A stretch of 64,000 nt of DNA, taken from the NCBI RefSeq assembly GCF_009914755.1, contig NC_060940.1. The stretch is one strand, 5' to 3'. Source of the stretch: the human T2T-CHM13v2.0 reference genome, Homo sapiens. Positions 26,021 through 40,583 of the stretch are shown here, one piece after another. The notes beneath the pieces were generated by a model. That model saw only the letters and a program-made list of their open reading frames with translations. It had not been told where the DNA came from and did not search any database. The translations under genes and the position numbers were made by a program. How positions within the stretch are numbered: position 1 is the stretch's first letter; every line of letters begins with the position of its first letter.

Positions 26021-29000
26021 AGTATTAAGGTAATGCTAGTTTCAGAAAATGAATTCTTAAATGTTCTCTCCTTTTCTATTTTATTAGATAAGATTCTGTA
26101 GAATTGGCATTAATGCTTTAAGTATTTGGTAGAATTCTCCACTGAAACAATTTGGACCTGGAGATTTCTATTTTGCAAGTCTTCAAATTAGAAATTCTAT
26201 TTTCTTAACATTTATAGGTCTTTTCAAGTGATTTGTTCCATACTGAGTGAGTTATGGCAGTTTATATTTTTTGAGAAATTGGTTTATTTATTTTAAGTTG
26301 TCAAATTTATGTAGAGTTGTCTGTAGTGTTTCTTATTATCCTTTTAGTGTCCATAATTTCTAGAGTGATGTCCATATTTTATTCCCAATATCGGTAATTT
26401 GTATCTTCTCTCTTTTTTCTTTGTTAGGTTTGATAGAGTTTTCTCAATTTTTAAAATATTTTCAAAGCACTGGCTCTTTGTGTTATTAATTTTGTCATTT
26501 TTGTGTTTTAAATTTTATTGATTTCTGCCCTTATCTTTATTATTTTTTTCTTCTTGCTTGCTTTGGGTTTATTTTTCTCTTCTTTTTTCTAAGTTTTTGA
26601 GGTAGAAGTTCGGATTATTGACCTGGGAATTTTCTTCTTTTGTAATGTTTACATTTACTGCTATACATTTCATTGAATCACTACTTTAGCTGTGTTGCAA
26701 AAATTTTGATATATTGTATTTTTATTTTCTTGTATTTTTATTCAATTTAATGTATTTTTTGTTATTTCCCTTGGCACATCCTCTTTGACCGATGTGTTTG
26801 CTCTGAAGTATTTGGTAACTTTTCTCTTATCTTTCTGTTATTGAATCCTAGTTTAATTCAATTTTGTCAAATAACACACTCTGTGTGATTTCAATTGTTT
26901 TAAATTTTTTGAGGTTTGTTTTGTGGTCCAGGATATGATGTACTATGTTATGTATTTCATGCACGTTTGAAAATAATGTGTATCTTGCTGTCACTGTGTA
27001 GATAGTTCTGCATATATGAATTCAATCTTGGTGTATTTAAGTTCTTCTGTATTGTTGGTGATTTTCTGTGTAGTTGTTCTATCAATTTTTGATAGCAGGT
27101 CATTGAAGTTTCTCATAATTATGAGTATGTTTATTCCTTATTTCAGTTCTACCAGTTTTTGCTTCACCTATTTGCATTATTTTGTTGCTACATACACATT
27201 TAGGTTGCTATGTCTTCTTGGTAGATTGGCCTTTTTATCCTTTACAGTGTTCCTCTTACTCTCTAGTAATTTCTTTGCTCTGAAGTCTATTTAATCTGAT
27301 ATTAATATAGCCACTTTTTCTTTCCTTTGGTGATTTTTGCATGATATATATTTTTTCCATCTTTTTACTTCCAGGATGCCTATACAGTTATATTTAAAGT
27401 GTGTTTTTTGTAGAAAGTATAAAATTGGGTTACTTTCTAAATATGCATTACCAGCCTCTGTATTTTTCTTTGTGTAGTTATGCCATTTACATTTAATGTA
27501 TTTATTAATATGTTAGGGCTTAAGTCTACCATTTTGTCAAGGCTTTATTTGTTTGCACCTATTGATGCTTCCTGGATGCTGACTTCTTCAGCTTCAATCC
27601 TGGTATAAGTCAGACAAAAAGAAAACCCAGGAAACATACCACCATGTTGTTTCTTGGGTTCTGCAGTCCCTAACTGGTCTTTTTCTTTCCATATTTAGGG
27701 TATTGTGTTTGTTTGTATATTCTGCCCAGATTTTTAGTTATATTTAGCAGAAAAAATAGGAAAATGTACATTTATCTCATTTCAGAAGTGAGGTAAGTAT
27801 GTTAAAAGAGAGGAGACTTCACCAAATAGCTCATTTCATTTTTAATTTTTCTAATTTCAGAGAGGTATTCTTACATTAGATTGACATACTCCATCTACTG
27901 GCCAATTCTACATGTTAGTTTCTTCTCCTGTCTTTCTACTAAAGTCAACTCCCCAAAACACGTACGTATAAAGACATATGCATACACATAAGTCCTTTCC
28001 CAATTGCTTAAAATATACTATATATGACAAAGTTCTTAGATTAGGAATGAATTTAAATCAAAAAAGTAATTCCGTCTTAAGTTCTAAACAATTTTACCTT
28101 AGTTTCATTTTTATTCCTTTCCTAATAAATATAAACTCATATTTCTTGAGCCAAGCTACATTGTTTTATGTTTGTTTGAATTTGTTAAGTATCTACTACG
28201 TGCCACATCCCCTGGAAGCCTCATGAACCCATCTAGAAGATGTTTGTTTTTTCATTTAACAAATAGACCCCTATTAAACATTCAAGTAGAGATGTCAAGT
28301 GGTCGGTTGCATCTACAAATATATAGTTCAAGTTAGAGTTTAGAATTATAAAATTTAAAGTTATTAAACATAAAATAGTATTTTAATCATGGCTTAACAT
28401 AAAATTACTGAGGAACTGGAGTTTGTAGAATAATCACAAGGGCCCAGAGCTGATTAATACTTAACAAAGCAATAGAGAAACAGGAGTAATTAAGAGACAT
28501 AGTCTCTGCCCTAATGTTACTTATAATCTGAAAGAGAAGAAGTATAAATCTCGCTATGTTCTTCTAATTAAGAAGTTTTATGTGATAAAAATTTAAATCT
28601 AAATATCGTTTTTTTATGGCATAAATAGTAAGTTTTGTTTCAAGCATTTGTAAGAGACATGAGAGTGTACACATTGCCCCTATTTTTGAGGCCTCTCTGA
28701 TTGTTCTATTCTCATTGTCTGTACTATCCTCCTCCTGTCTTCTTCCTAGCTAATTGCTATTCATCTTTATAATCCAGTTTTAACATTATCTCCCCTGAAA
28801 TGCCTTCACTAATGCCCCCCTCCTATCATCCAGAATCCTAAAATTGTATTTTGTAAGTAAAATAATAGTAATAAAAATGGAATAATAGTCATCATCCATC
28901 TTGTCAACCATTCATACTAGATCTTCCTCCCACATGGGTAGCTCTTGAACTAGTCTAGGTGGCTTGTCTTGTAGTGTTATACAACGCCATAAGAAATATG

Positions 29001-29099
29001 AGCCTATGGTTTTACTTTTTAGTTTATGGGATGCTTTACATCCCTTAATTCATAGATGCATATACTTAGGAATGGAGAGAGTGTTTTAATTGATCAACA

Positions 29100-29540
29100 T
29101 TAGAAAGTTATTGAGTTCTCAGAATCTAGAGCGCTTGATAATTATTATGAAAGGGACTGATTAAGACTGCTCTCAAAGAAGGGAGGTGAAGAAGGCAAGG
29201 TATGTCAGGAAAATGAAGCTAAGCAAGGATGCAGACTTGGCTGGCAATGATTTAAACCTTGTCCCATGTAGAGTTCTACATCAACAATTTTATCACAGTG
29301 TTAGTTCTGCCTTGAGTTAAGGGGTGTTAGCCTTTTTGCCTCCTATTAAGCAGTTGTTGGTAGCCAGCTGGCTCCTATAAGGAATGTAATATCCTGGGAA
29401 AGAAGACTTCCATTTATCCAAGGGCAGCTCTGAAGTACAGGGCATTTGTAGATTGTTGGCAGCTAATACGTGGCATTCAGGGGATGAGGGCACTGGCCCA
29501 GTGAAGGATATCTGGGAAGGTACCAAATACAGCAACTATA
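29100..29540 (-). mobile_element. LTR16-like ERVL LTR
   Basis: Recalled LTR16 motifs GCTAAGCAAGGATG and GGGCACTGGCCCAGTGAAGGATATCTGGG; adjacent to ERVL pol remnant. Confidence 0.55.
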
Positions 29541-29813
29541 GCGCATCTCTTGGAGTGATCAGATATTCTTCTTAAATTCAGTTCATCCATGCATAGCTTC
29601 TCTGGGATTCTGATTGATCACAGAAATGTGATCAATATTTTGAGAGGAATATTTTGAGAGGAGAGTCATTAACACAAACCAGACATGCCGGTTTCAACCC
29701 TACCACATAGGATTTTGTAGGGTGTATGGACCAAGCTGTAGATCTTCTTGTACTGAAGATTAGACCTAATATGAATTCATTTCTTGCTCTTGGATATAGT
29801 CAAAATTAACAGC

Positions 29814-30915
29814 AGTATTAGTCGATTCTCATGCTGCTATAAAGAACTGCCCAAGACTGAGTAATCTATAAAGAAAATAGTTTTAATTGACTCTCAGATC
29901 CACATGGCTGGGGAGGCTTCAGGAAACTTACAATCATGGTGGGAGGGGAAGCAAACATACCCTTCCTCACATGGCAGCAGGGGAGAGAAGTGCTGAGCAA
30001 AGGAAGAAAAGTCCCTTATAAAACATCAGATCTGGCAAGAGCTCACTCACTATCACAAGAATAGCACAGGGGTAACTGCCCCCATGATTCAATTACCTCC
30101 TACCAGGTCCCTCCCACAACATGTGGGGATTATGGGAGCTACAATTCAAGATGAGATTTGGGTGGGGACGCAACCAAACCGTATCATGCCATCCCTAATT
30201 TTTCCCAAACCTCCTGTCCTCACATTTCAAAACACAATCATGCCTTTCCAACAGTCTCCCAGAGTCAGCTCATTCCAGTATTAACCCAGAAGTCTAAGTC
30301 CAAAGTCTCATCTGTGACAAGGCAAGTCCCTTTTGCATATGAGCCTGAAAAATCAAAAGCAAGTTAGTTACTTTCTAGACATAATGAGGTACATGATTTG
30401 GGTAAATACACCCATTCCAAATGGGAGTAATTGGCCAAAACAAATGGGCTACAGGCCCTATGCAAGTCCAAAATCTAAAGGGCAGTCATTAAACCTTGAA
30501 GTTTCAAAATGATCCACTTTGACTTTATGTCTCACATACAGGTCACTCTGATGTAAGAGGTGGGCTCCCACAGCTTTGGGCAGCTTCACTGCTGTGGCTT
30601 TGCTGCTTTCACAGGCTGGTGTTGAGTGTCTGTGGCTTTTCCAGGCACACAGTAGATCTACCATTCTGGGGCTGAGAGGAGGGTGGCTCTTTTCTCACAA
30701 CTCAGCTAGGCAGTGCCACAGTGAGCACTCTGTGTGGGGGCAGTGCCGCAGTGGGCACTATGTGTGGGGGCTCTGACTCTGCATTTCCCTTCCACACTGC
30801 CCTAGTAGAGGCTCTCAATGAGGGCTCAGCTGCTGGAGCAAACTTCTGCCTAGACATCCAGGCATTTCCATACATCCTATGAAATCTAGGTAGAGGTTTC
30901 CAAACCTCAATTCTT
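29814..30915 (-). mobile_element. THE1C/D LTR (29814-30186) plus THE1-int fragment
   Basis: GTATTAGTC..CATGCTGCTATAAAG start, AAACCGTATCA end; followed by THE1-int (AAGTCCAAAGTCTCATCTGTGACAAGGCAAGTCCC). Confidence 0.92.
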
Positions 30916-32940
<2,025 letters not shown>

Positions 32941-33248
32941 TTTACTTGACTCACATTTCCGTGTAGCTGAGGAGGCCTCAGGAAACTTACAATCATGGTG
33001 GAAGGGGAAGTAAACACATCCTTCTTCACATGGCAGCAGGAGAGAGAAGTGCTGAGGAAAGGGGGAAAAGCCCCTTATAAAACCATCGTATCTCATGAAA
33101 ACTCATTCAATATCATAAAACAGCCTGGGGCTGTTTTATGCCCCCATGATTCAATTACCTCCCACTGAGTTTCTCCCGTGACATGTGGGGATTATGGGAA
33201 ATACAATTTAAGATGAGATTTGGGTGGAGACACAGACAAATCATATCA
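32941..33248 (-). mobile_element. Second THE1C/D LTR lacking about 60 bp next to the L1
   Basis: Colinear with 29880-30186; ends CATATCA. Confidence 0.9.
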
Positions 33249-33581
33249 ATTGTCTTTTCTGTCACCAAATAAACTAATTAGAGCAATATTTTCAAGTGTG
33301 GAATATCTCCAATAACTGAAGAGATCTCTAATATACTTTTCTTTTAGTGATAGGTGGCTCAAGGTGCAGTAAGATACCCTTTACTTTGGGGAGGATGTCC
33401 AAGCATGCACCAGACCAAAAATTTCACCAATATAGTAAGCTGCTGAACCTTTTTAGGTCCTCCCAACCTCTGGAGATTATGTGGCTTACTATGATACCCA
33501 ATACACATGCTCCTCAGTTGCAGTGGGCATGCTCTCACTAAAAGAGTGTGACAGTGTGCTATTCTGTGGATTGTCTAGATT

Positions 33582-33740
33582 AGCATGGTTTAATAGAAAT
33601 ATAGTACAGGCTGCATATATAATTAAAATTTTCTGGTAACCATATTATAGAAAAAAAGGTAAATTAATTTTAATAATATATTTTATCTAATTCAACCTAT
33701 CTGAAATGTTATCATTTTAACATGCTATCAATAGAAAAAC
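33582..33740. mobile_element. MER33-like hAT-Charlie fragment
   Basis: AATAGAAATATA..AAATTAATTTTAATAATATATTTTAT matches recalled consensus. Confidence 0.65.
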
Positions 33741-33819
33741 TTAGAAGGCATAATCAATGTTTTTTTCCCCTTGCTCTGGATTTGAAGAGTGAATTTTTAA
33801 GGAGGTTCAATAGTCTCTC

Positions 33820-36377
33820 TGTCTTTGTTTAGTGTTACTATAAAGAAATACCTGAGGATGAGTAATTTATAGAGAATAGTTTATTTAGCTCACGGTTCTG
33901 CATACTGTCCAAGAAGATGGTGGCAGCCTCTGCTTCTGGTAAGGGCATCAGTCTGCTTTCACTCCTGATGGAGGGTGAAAGGAAGCTGGCATGTACAGAG
34001 ATCACATGCCAAGAAAGGAAGCAAGAGAGAGAATGGGGAGATGCCAGCCTCTTGATAACAACCAGCTGTCCCAGGAACTAATAGAGGGAGAACTCACTCT
34101 CCCCCTCCTCAGTAAGGGCATTAATATGTTCATGAGGAGTCTGCCCCCATGACACAAACACTTCCCATTAGGTGATACCACCAACATTGGGATCAAATTG
34201 AAACATGGAGTGTGGTGGGACAAAACATTCAAGCTATGCATTCCTCTCCCTTTCCCCCCCACACAAACTCATGTCATTTTTACATTGCAAAATACAATCA
34301 CTCCTTTTCAGTAGTCCTCAAAAGTCCCACAATTTGTTCTAGCAGCAACTCAAAAGTCTAAAGTCCCAAATCTCATCTGAGACACAAGGCAATTCTTTCC
34401 AGCTATAAGTCTGTAAAAACAAGTTATTTACTTCCAAGATACAATGGTATAATAGACATTAGGTAAGCATTCTCATTCCAAAATGGAGAAATAGTCCAAA
34501 AGAAAGGTGTAACATGCCCCCACACAAGTCTGAAACCCAGCAGGGCAGACATTAAATCTTATAGCTCCAGAATAATCTCCCTTGACTCCATGTCTCACAT
34601 CATGAGCACATTAGTGTGAAGGGTGAATTTTCAAGGTCTTGGGCAGCCTTATCCCCATGGCTTTGCTGGGCACAGCCCATGTGGCTGCTCTCACAGGTTG
34701 GATTTGAATTCCTGTGGCTTTCTCCAGGCTGCAGTTGCATGCTACTGGTGCCTTGATTATTACGGGTCCTCACTGTAGCCCCACCTCAATGGCTCCACTA
34801 GATATTGCCCCTGTGGGTATTCTTTATAGTGGCTCAGCTTCTGTGGCAAACTTCTGCCTGGGCATCCGGGCTTTCTGATACATCCTCTAAAATCTAGGTA
34901 GAAGTTGCCAAGCCTCTATCACTCTTCCATTCTGGGCACTTGCAGACTTAATACTGCATGGATGCCACCAAGGCTTATTGCTTACACCCTCCAGAGCAGT
35001 GGCTTGAGTTGTACCTGGAGCTGTTTGAGCTGTGGCTGGAACCAGAGCAGTGAGAATATAGGGAGCAGCATGTTGAGATGGTGCAGAGAAGCAGCATTTT
35101 GGCCCTGGCTCCCCAAACCATTCTGTTCTCCTAGGCTTCCGGGCCTGTGATAGGTGGGTCAGTCTTGAAGATTTCTGAAATGTCTTCAGGTCCTCGTTGG
35201 CATTTTCTTGATGATTAACATTTAATTTCCATTTATTCATGCTAATCTCTCTAGCAAGTTGTTGCTCATCTGCACCCTCAGAGTCCTCTCCTGATAATGC
35301 TTTTTCTTTGTCTGCCACATGGCCAGGCTGTAGATATTCCATATTTTAGTGCTCTGTGTCCTTTTTCATTATAAATCTCACCTTTAGGCCATTCCTTTGC
35401 TGCTGTATATGATCATAAACTGATAAAAATAACCATGCCAGTTCTTGAAGTCTTTGCTGCTTACAAATTTCTTCCATCAGATACCCTAGGTCATCACTCT
35501 CAACTTCAGCCTTCCACAAAGCCCTCAGGCATGAATACAATGTAGCCAAGTCCTTTGCTAAGGTGTAACAAGGGTGACCTTTGCTTCAATTCCCAATAGG
35601 TTTTTTATTTCCATTCAAGACCTTATCAGCTTGTCCTTTACTGTGTATATCTTTTTTCATTTTTTTTTTCTTCTTCTTCTTTTTTGTTTTTTTGTAGAGA
35701 CAGGGTCTTACTATGTTGCCCAGGCTGGTCTCAAACTTCTGTCCTTAAGAGATCCTCCTTCCTCAGCCTCCCTAACTGCTAGGATTGCAGGCATAAACCA
35801 CCAAGTGCAGCCAGTACTGTTTATAGTTCTATCAGCATTTTAGTAACAACCATTTGACCAATATCTAAGAAGTTCCAAACTTACCCTCATCTTTTCGTCT
35901 TATTCTGAGCCCTTAAAACTCTTCCAACCCATTACCCATTTCCAAAGACATTTCCACATTTTCAGGCATCTTTATAGTAATTCCCCAGTCCTAAGTATCA
36001 ATTTCATGTCTTAGTCTGTTTAGCCATAAAGGGATACTTAGGGATGGGTAATTTATAAAGAGAAGAGAGTTATTTTGCTCATGGCTTTGCAGGCTATACA
36101 AGAAGCATGGTGCTAGCATCTGCTTCTGGTGAGAGCCTCAGGCTGCTTCCACTTACGATGTAAGGGGAAGGAGAGCCAGCATGTTTAGGGATTACATAGA
36201 AAGAAAGATGGGGGCGGGTAACAGGCTCTTATAAACAACCAGCTCTCCTGGGAACTAACAGAGGGTGTGAGGAGTCTGTTCCCATGACCCAAACACATCC
36301 CATTAGGCCCCTACCTCCAACATGGGGATAAAATTGCAATGTGAGTTTTGAGAGGAACAAACATACAAACTATAGCA
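33820..36377 (-). mobile_element. Full-structure MSTB-like MaLR element (LTR-int-LTR)
   Basis: Two related LTRs (about 33820-34240 and 36007-36377), MST-int between them (ORFs 34887-35342, 35346-35549), TSD CTCTC/CTGTC. Confidence 0.88.
35652..35812 (-). mobile_element. FLAM-type Alu monomer inside MST-int
   Basis: GTAGAGACAGGGTCTTACTATGTTGCCCAGGCTGG with T-rich tail. Confidence 0.85.
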
Positions 36378-37618
36378 CTGTCTCACTAATTTATTCCTGT
36401 GCAGACAAGTCAAATAAAATGCATAAAGATATGTCTAATTCTTCTCTCTTAAGGAAGAAACCTGATAAAAAGTATGGAGAGAAGCCCTACGAACAATCAT
36501 AGAAATTTTGCCATGCTCTGGGGCTAATATATAAGTGAGTAGCATACATATCTCCACTCCTCCAATGGCATCCATGCTTACATGGGCCTAGGATACTAGC
36601 TATAATTTAATCACTTTCTATCTTAAGAAAGTATAGTCAAAATCAGGACAGCAAGCGTGCCATCATTACAGGAATAATGCTGAACTTGTTTAACTTATGA
36701 AGAACTAAATTGTTTGCCAACTTTAATACTTTATTTTGTGTCATGACATGTTGATCTTTCCTAAGACCTAAATTTATGGCTGCTGGCATTTAGAGCAGAG
36801 CTGTAAAGGACATTAGAAATTATGTATTTTGATCCCCTTATTTTTCACATGACTTCCCAGGTAAGCCTTGGGAATGTCTGGATTGGCAATTATTTTTATG
36901 GTTTTTGTTGTTGGTAGTGGTGGTGTTCAGTAGTTGCCTCTGTTTGCTCAGCATTTATTTTTATGTTTTACAAAAGAATGTGTATTATGTCATGTTATAA
37001 TTGAAAGCCACCAGGATAAGCAGCCTAAATCCAATTCCTCTTCATTTCAGTAGTCAAATTTCACATTTCATTATGACAGAATTAATTTGATGGCCAAATC
37101 TGGTGTGTTACTGCTTTCCAGCTAGATTTGCTTCCAATTTAACATCCTAACTATGCTTGTAAAATAGACAATAAAACAGTCTTTTCTGACTTGGGAAATA
37201 CTCTTTATTCTTCATTTCTCTCTGCTCCACTGTAACATTTTAGCTGAGTTTTATGGAACAATCACTTTCCTCATCTAATTACTGCAATTCCCTGGTAGAT
37301 GGCCTCCCTTGCCCTGCAACAGCAAAATTATCATAAATACACAATTCCACTGCCAGCATCTCATCTTGCACATGCGTCAGTGAGCAGAGCTAGGTTTTCC
37401 CCTCTCTAAATTGTGTTCTTGCTAAATTAACAGTTTTCATGTGAATCACTCAAGACTTTTTCCGACATTCCAACAAATACCCAAGAAAGTTAATCTTGCC
37501 TCATAGGTACTTTTCAGGCTCAGCTCCTAGTGGTTACACATAACTGTGCATACAGATGAACACTGAGCCAGAAGATGCCTAGTTGAATCCATAGGTACCA
37601 AGACTTTTCCTATATGGA

Positions 37619-38484
37619 CTAGTTAAGGATAGCTCTTCAAAGGAGATCATAGCAAAAAATTATAGGTGCAGCAGCACCAACTTCACAGATCAGCTGCAAA
37701 TCTTCATTTAACAAAAAACTTTACCCAGGTTATGCTAACGAATGAAAACTTGCTTTAGAAATCAACACAGAAAAGAATCTGGTCTACAATCCAGATATGG
37801 TTTCAGAATTGAAGAGGGAGCTGCTGATTCCAGCAAAGACCTGGACCTGAGGAGGCCTTAGAATCAAGCCAAGGCCAAGAATATCCTGAAGAGGAGATTC
37901 CAAGCAGAGTAGCCAGACAGTGTCTTACCACTTACACCTTCTTCCAATCACACACTATCATCAAGGTATTTATAAACAACTCTAAGTCTGGGATTAAGTC
38001 CAGAGAACAACTTGCTAAAGAATTTGGGAATAGGAAGGGGAACATCACACACCGGGGACTGTTGTGGGGTGGGGGGAGAGGGGAGGGATAGCATTAGGAG
38101 ATATACCTAATGTTAAATGACGAGTTAATGGGTGCAGCACACCAACATGGCACATGTATACATATGTAACTAACCTGCACGTTGTGCACATGTACCCTAA
38201 AACTTAAAATATAATAATAATAAAATTAAAAAAAAAAGAATTTGGGAATACATAGTCAAGCGTCCAAATTTCTTTTCAAAATCAAAGATCTAGATTTCAT
38301 GTCCAGAAAAAAGGGAATGATAAGACCTGAGAACAAAGAAAAAGCCAGGGACAAAATCTCCAAGGTAGGTTTGAGGTTTAGAAGCTACGCAAGGTAGCAC
38401 CAACCTCACTAGCAACTGTCTCATTTCTCTGGAACCAAAACAAGGTGGACACAAAGACAAGTTCAGAGTACTAGATGTCATTAG
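37619..38484 (+). pseudogene. Processed pseudogene of a double-homeobox gene, DUXA-like (DUXAP type; locus number not determinable)
   Basis: Hand translation with frameshifts: KDSSSKEIIAKNYRCSSTNFTDQLQIF / [22 protein letters not shown] / [81 protein letters not shown][L1][33 protein letters not shown]. Colinear with recalled DUXA ([67 protein letters not shown]). No introns; AATAAA at 38657. Confidence 0.92.
38033..38234 (+). mobile_element. Short young L1PA 3' end inserted in homeobox 2 of the retrocopy
   Basis: L1PA 3' UTR plus poly(A); perfect 16-bp TSD AAAGAATTTGGGAATA (38017-38032, 38235-38250). Confidence 0.97.
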
Positions 38485-38699
38485 CTTAGGCTCTAGATCT
38501 TTCTTTCACACTTCTGGAAATGTACATCTCCTCTGGGACTGCAAGCTGAGCCCTCTGCAGATGGTGAACAGGACAGCAGGATGCAGACAGGTACAAAAGG
38601 CACCATGTAGTCCAGCTGACATAGCCTGGCTTGAGAGTGCAGCAGACCTTGAGAACAATAAAAATAAACTTAATAATATCAGTTTTTAGTTGTTATAAT

Positions 38700-39068
38700 T
38701 ATGACTGATTAAGCAAAATTCATCAATAGAAGTTAAAAACATTGAATGAATACTTGACGAGGAAACAAAATTATACATTGTCTCAAAGAATCTCCTCATT
38801 GATTACTGATTAATTACAAAAGGAAAATTGGTAATATTGTAGAAACCTGATTGACTTCACCTTACCTAAAGGACTGAAATTCACGTCACAGTAATGGCAC
38901 AAACCTACATGAGGTCTCTCCTGATATAATGTACTAAGAAAAACACAATATCTCTTTTGTAGTATTATTGCCAAAAAAGTACATAAGCTGAATCTAATCA
39001 TGACAAAACATGAATCAAACCCAAACTGAGTGACAGTCTTTTCAAAGTAACATCCCTGTATTCTTCAA
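38700..39068 (+). mobile_element. L1MC4/5-like 3' region fragment
   Basis: ATTAATTACAAAAGGAAAA..CTGAATCTAATCATGA..CAAACCCAAACTGAG. Confidence 0.7.
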
Positions 39069-39149
39069 CAGGAGTGGAATAATAGAAATGAACAAACAGT
39101 AGGACTCAGGAGATATTTAGGAAGTACATCTCCCAAGGACTTTTCTTCT

Positions 39150-39740
39150 ATGTGTAGTATGTGCCACCATTTATGTGCAGGGGAAGAAAGATAACACATT
39201 CAGAGGTCTATTTGTGCCTAAAATTTCTTTCCAAAGATGATCAAGAAATTGTTAATATTGGTTATCTTCAGAGAAGGGAGGTAGAGGACTGGGTTGGGAG
39301 ACAGAAGAGTTTTTCACTGTAATCTTTTTATCCTATTTGAATGTTTAAAAATCATTTCAATGTATTATATAAAGTTTTTTTTTAACTTCAAAAGGTGATT
39401 TTCAAACATAAGGTTAAATGAAAGAAACCAGACACAAAAAGAATGCATATTGTATTATTTCATTTACATAAATTTCAAAAGTAACCAAAACTCATCCATG
39501 GTACTAGATACCAGGCTATGGATTATTGTCGCCCTGAGATGGACACACTGGTTGGGAGAAGCACAGGGCAACTCTGGGGGCCTGGTCAATTCAGTTTCTT
39601 AGGCTGCTCTGGGTATGCGTACGTGTGCAATTGGAGAATTGGAGAATTCGGCAAGCTGTATCCTGGTGACCTATGCAGTGTACTCTATGTGTGTTATACT
39701 TCAACTTTTTAAGAGTTTGTGATTTGTTTTAAAAAAAAGA
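39150..39740 (+). mobile_element. L1ME-type 3' end fragments
   Basis: GAAAGAAACCAGACACAAAAAGAATGCATATTG..GTTATACTTCAA followed by A-rich tail. Confidence 0.65.
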
Positions 39741-40246
39741 AAAGAGAAAAAACAAAGCCTAACTACATTGCAAAGCCGTTATTTGTCCCTTTCTTCAAAG
39801 TGAAGGTAAAGAGCCATTGGCTCTTAACCAGGTAAATTAGTTATTCTTTTCAAAGCAAGAAATCACCAACTTTATAAGGGGAGTGTACAAATTGATCTTC
39901 ACTTATATTTCCAGTCTAATTTACTGCCACTTCCAACGATGAATTTTATGTTTCCATTATTTTGCAGACTTGTAGTCCCCTGAATATGTATGCACTTCCA
40001 TGTACCTGTGCCACTAGGAAACGCCTTCTCACTGCTGAAATGTTGTTCTCTTTACTTGTCTTCTATTCAATTTACATTCGCCCTGAAATTTCATCTCAAT
40101 CAACTTGCTTTGTAAAGCCTACCCTGCTTTAACCCCTCACACACTGGTTAAGGCACTTTTCATATTGCATTAAAATGCTTGGGTTACATGTCTTACCTCC
40201 TTCACGAAATTGGTCATTAGGCTTTGAAGTAAGCAATGTGGGTTCA

Positions 40247-40583
40247 AGCTGGGCGCAGTGGCTCATGCCTGTAAACCCAGCACTTTGGAAGGTCGAGGAT
40301 CACTTGAGGCCAGGAGTTTGAGACCAGATTGGGCAACATAGCGAGACCTCATCTCTACAAAAAATTTAAAAATTTAGCTTGGCGTAGTGTCACATGCCTA
40401 TAGTCCTAGCTACTCAGGAGGCTGAGACAGGAGGATAATTTGAGCTTGAGAGTCAAAGTTACAATAAGCTATGATCACACTGCTGTACTCCAGCCTGGGC
40501 GACAGAGCCGATCCCAACTCAATGAAATAAAATACAGTTGAATTAAATTAAACAGTAAAATAAAGTAAATAAAATGAAAGGGA
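40247..40583 (+). mobile_element. AluJ inserted in a MIR
   Basis: GGATCACTTGAGGCCAGGAGTTTGAGACCAG; TSD AATGTGGGTTCA (40235, 40584). Confidence 0.92.

Larger units (their letters stand above)
22860..27790 (-). mobile_element. Old L1M (L1MC/L1MD-like), long and degraded, interrupted by MSTA
   Basis: L1MC/MD-type 3' UTR (GGTAACATCTGCAATACTGTAGTACAGTATCACAACCAGG); ORF 23552-23761 (IQIKTTIRYH) resembles ORF2p C-terminus; continuous T-rich antisense L1. Confidence 0.8.

Noticed and set aside
30709-30771. 30-bp tandem duplication in THE1-int
   Set aside because: Ordinary slippage within a repeat.
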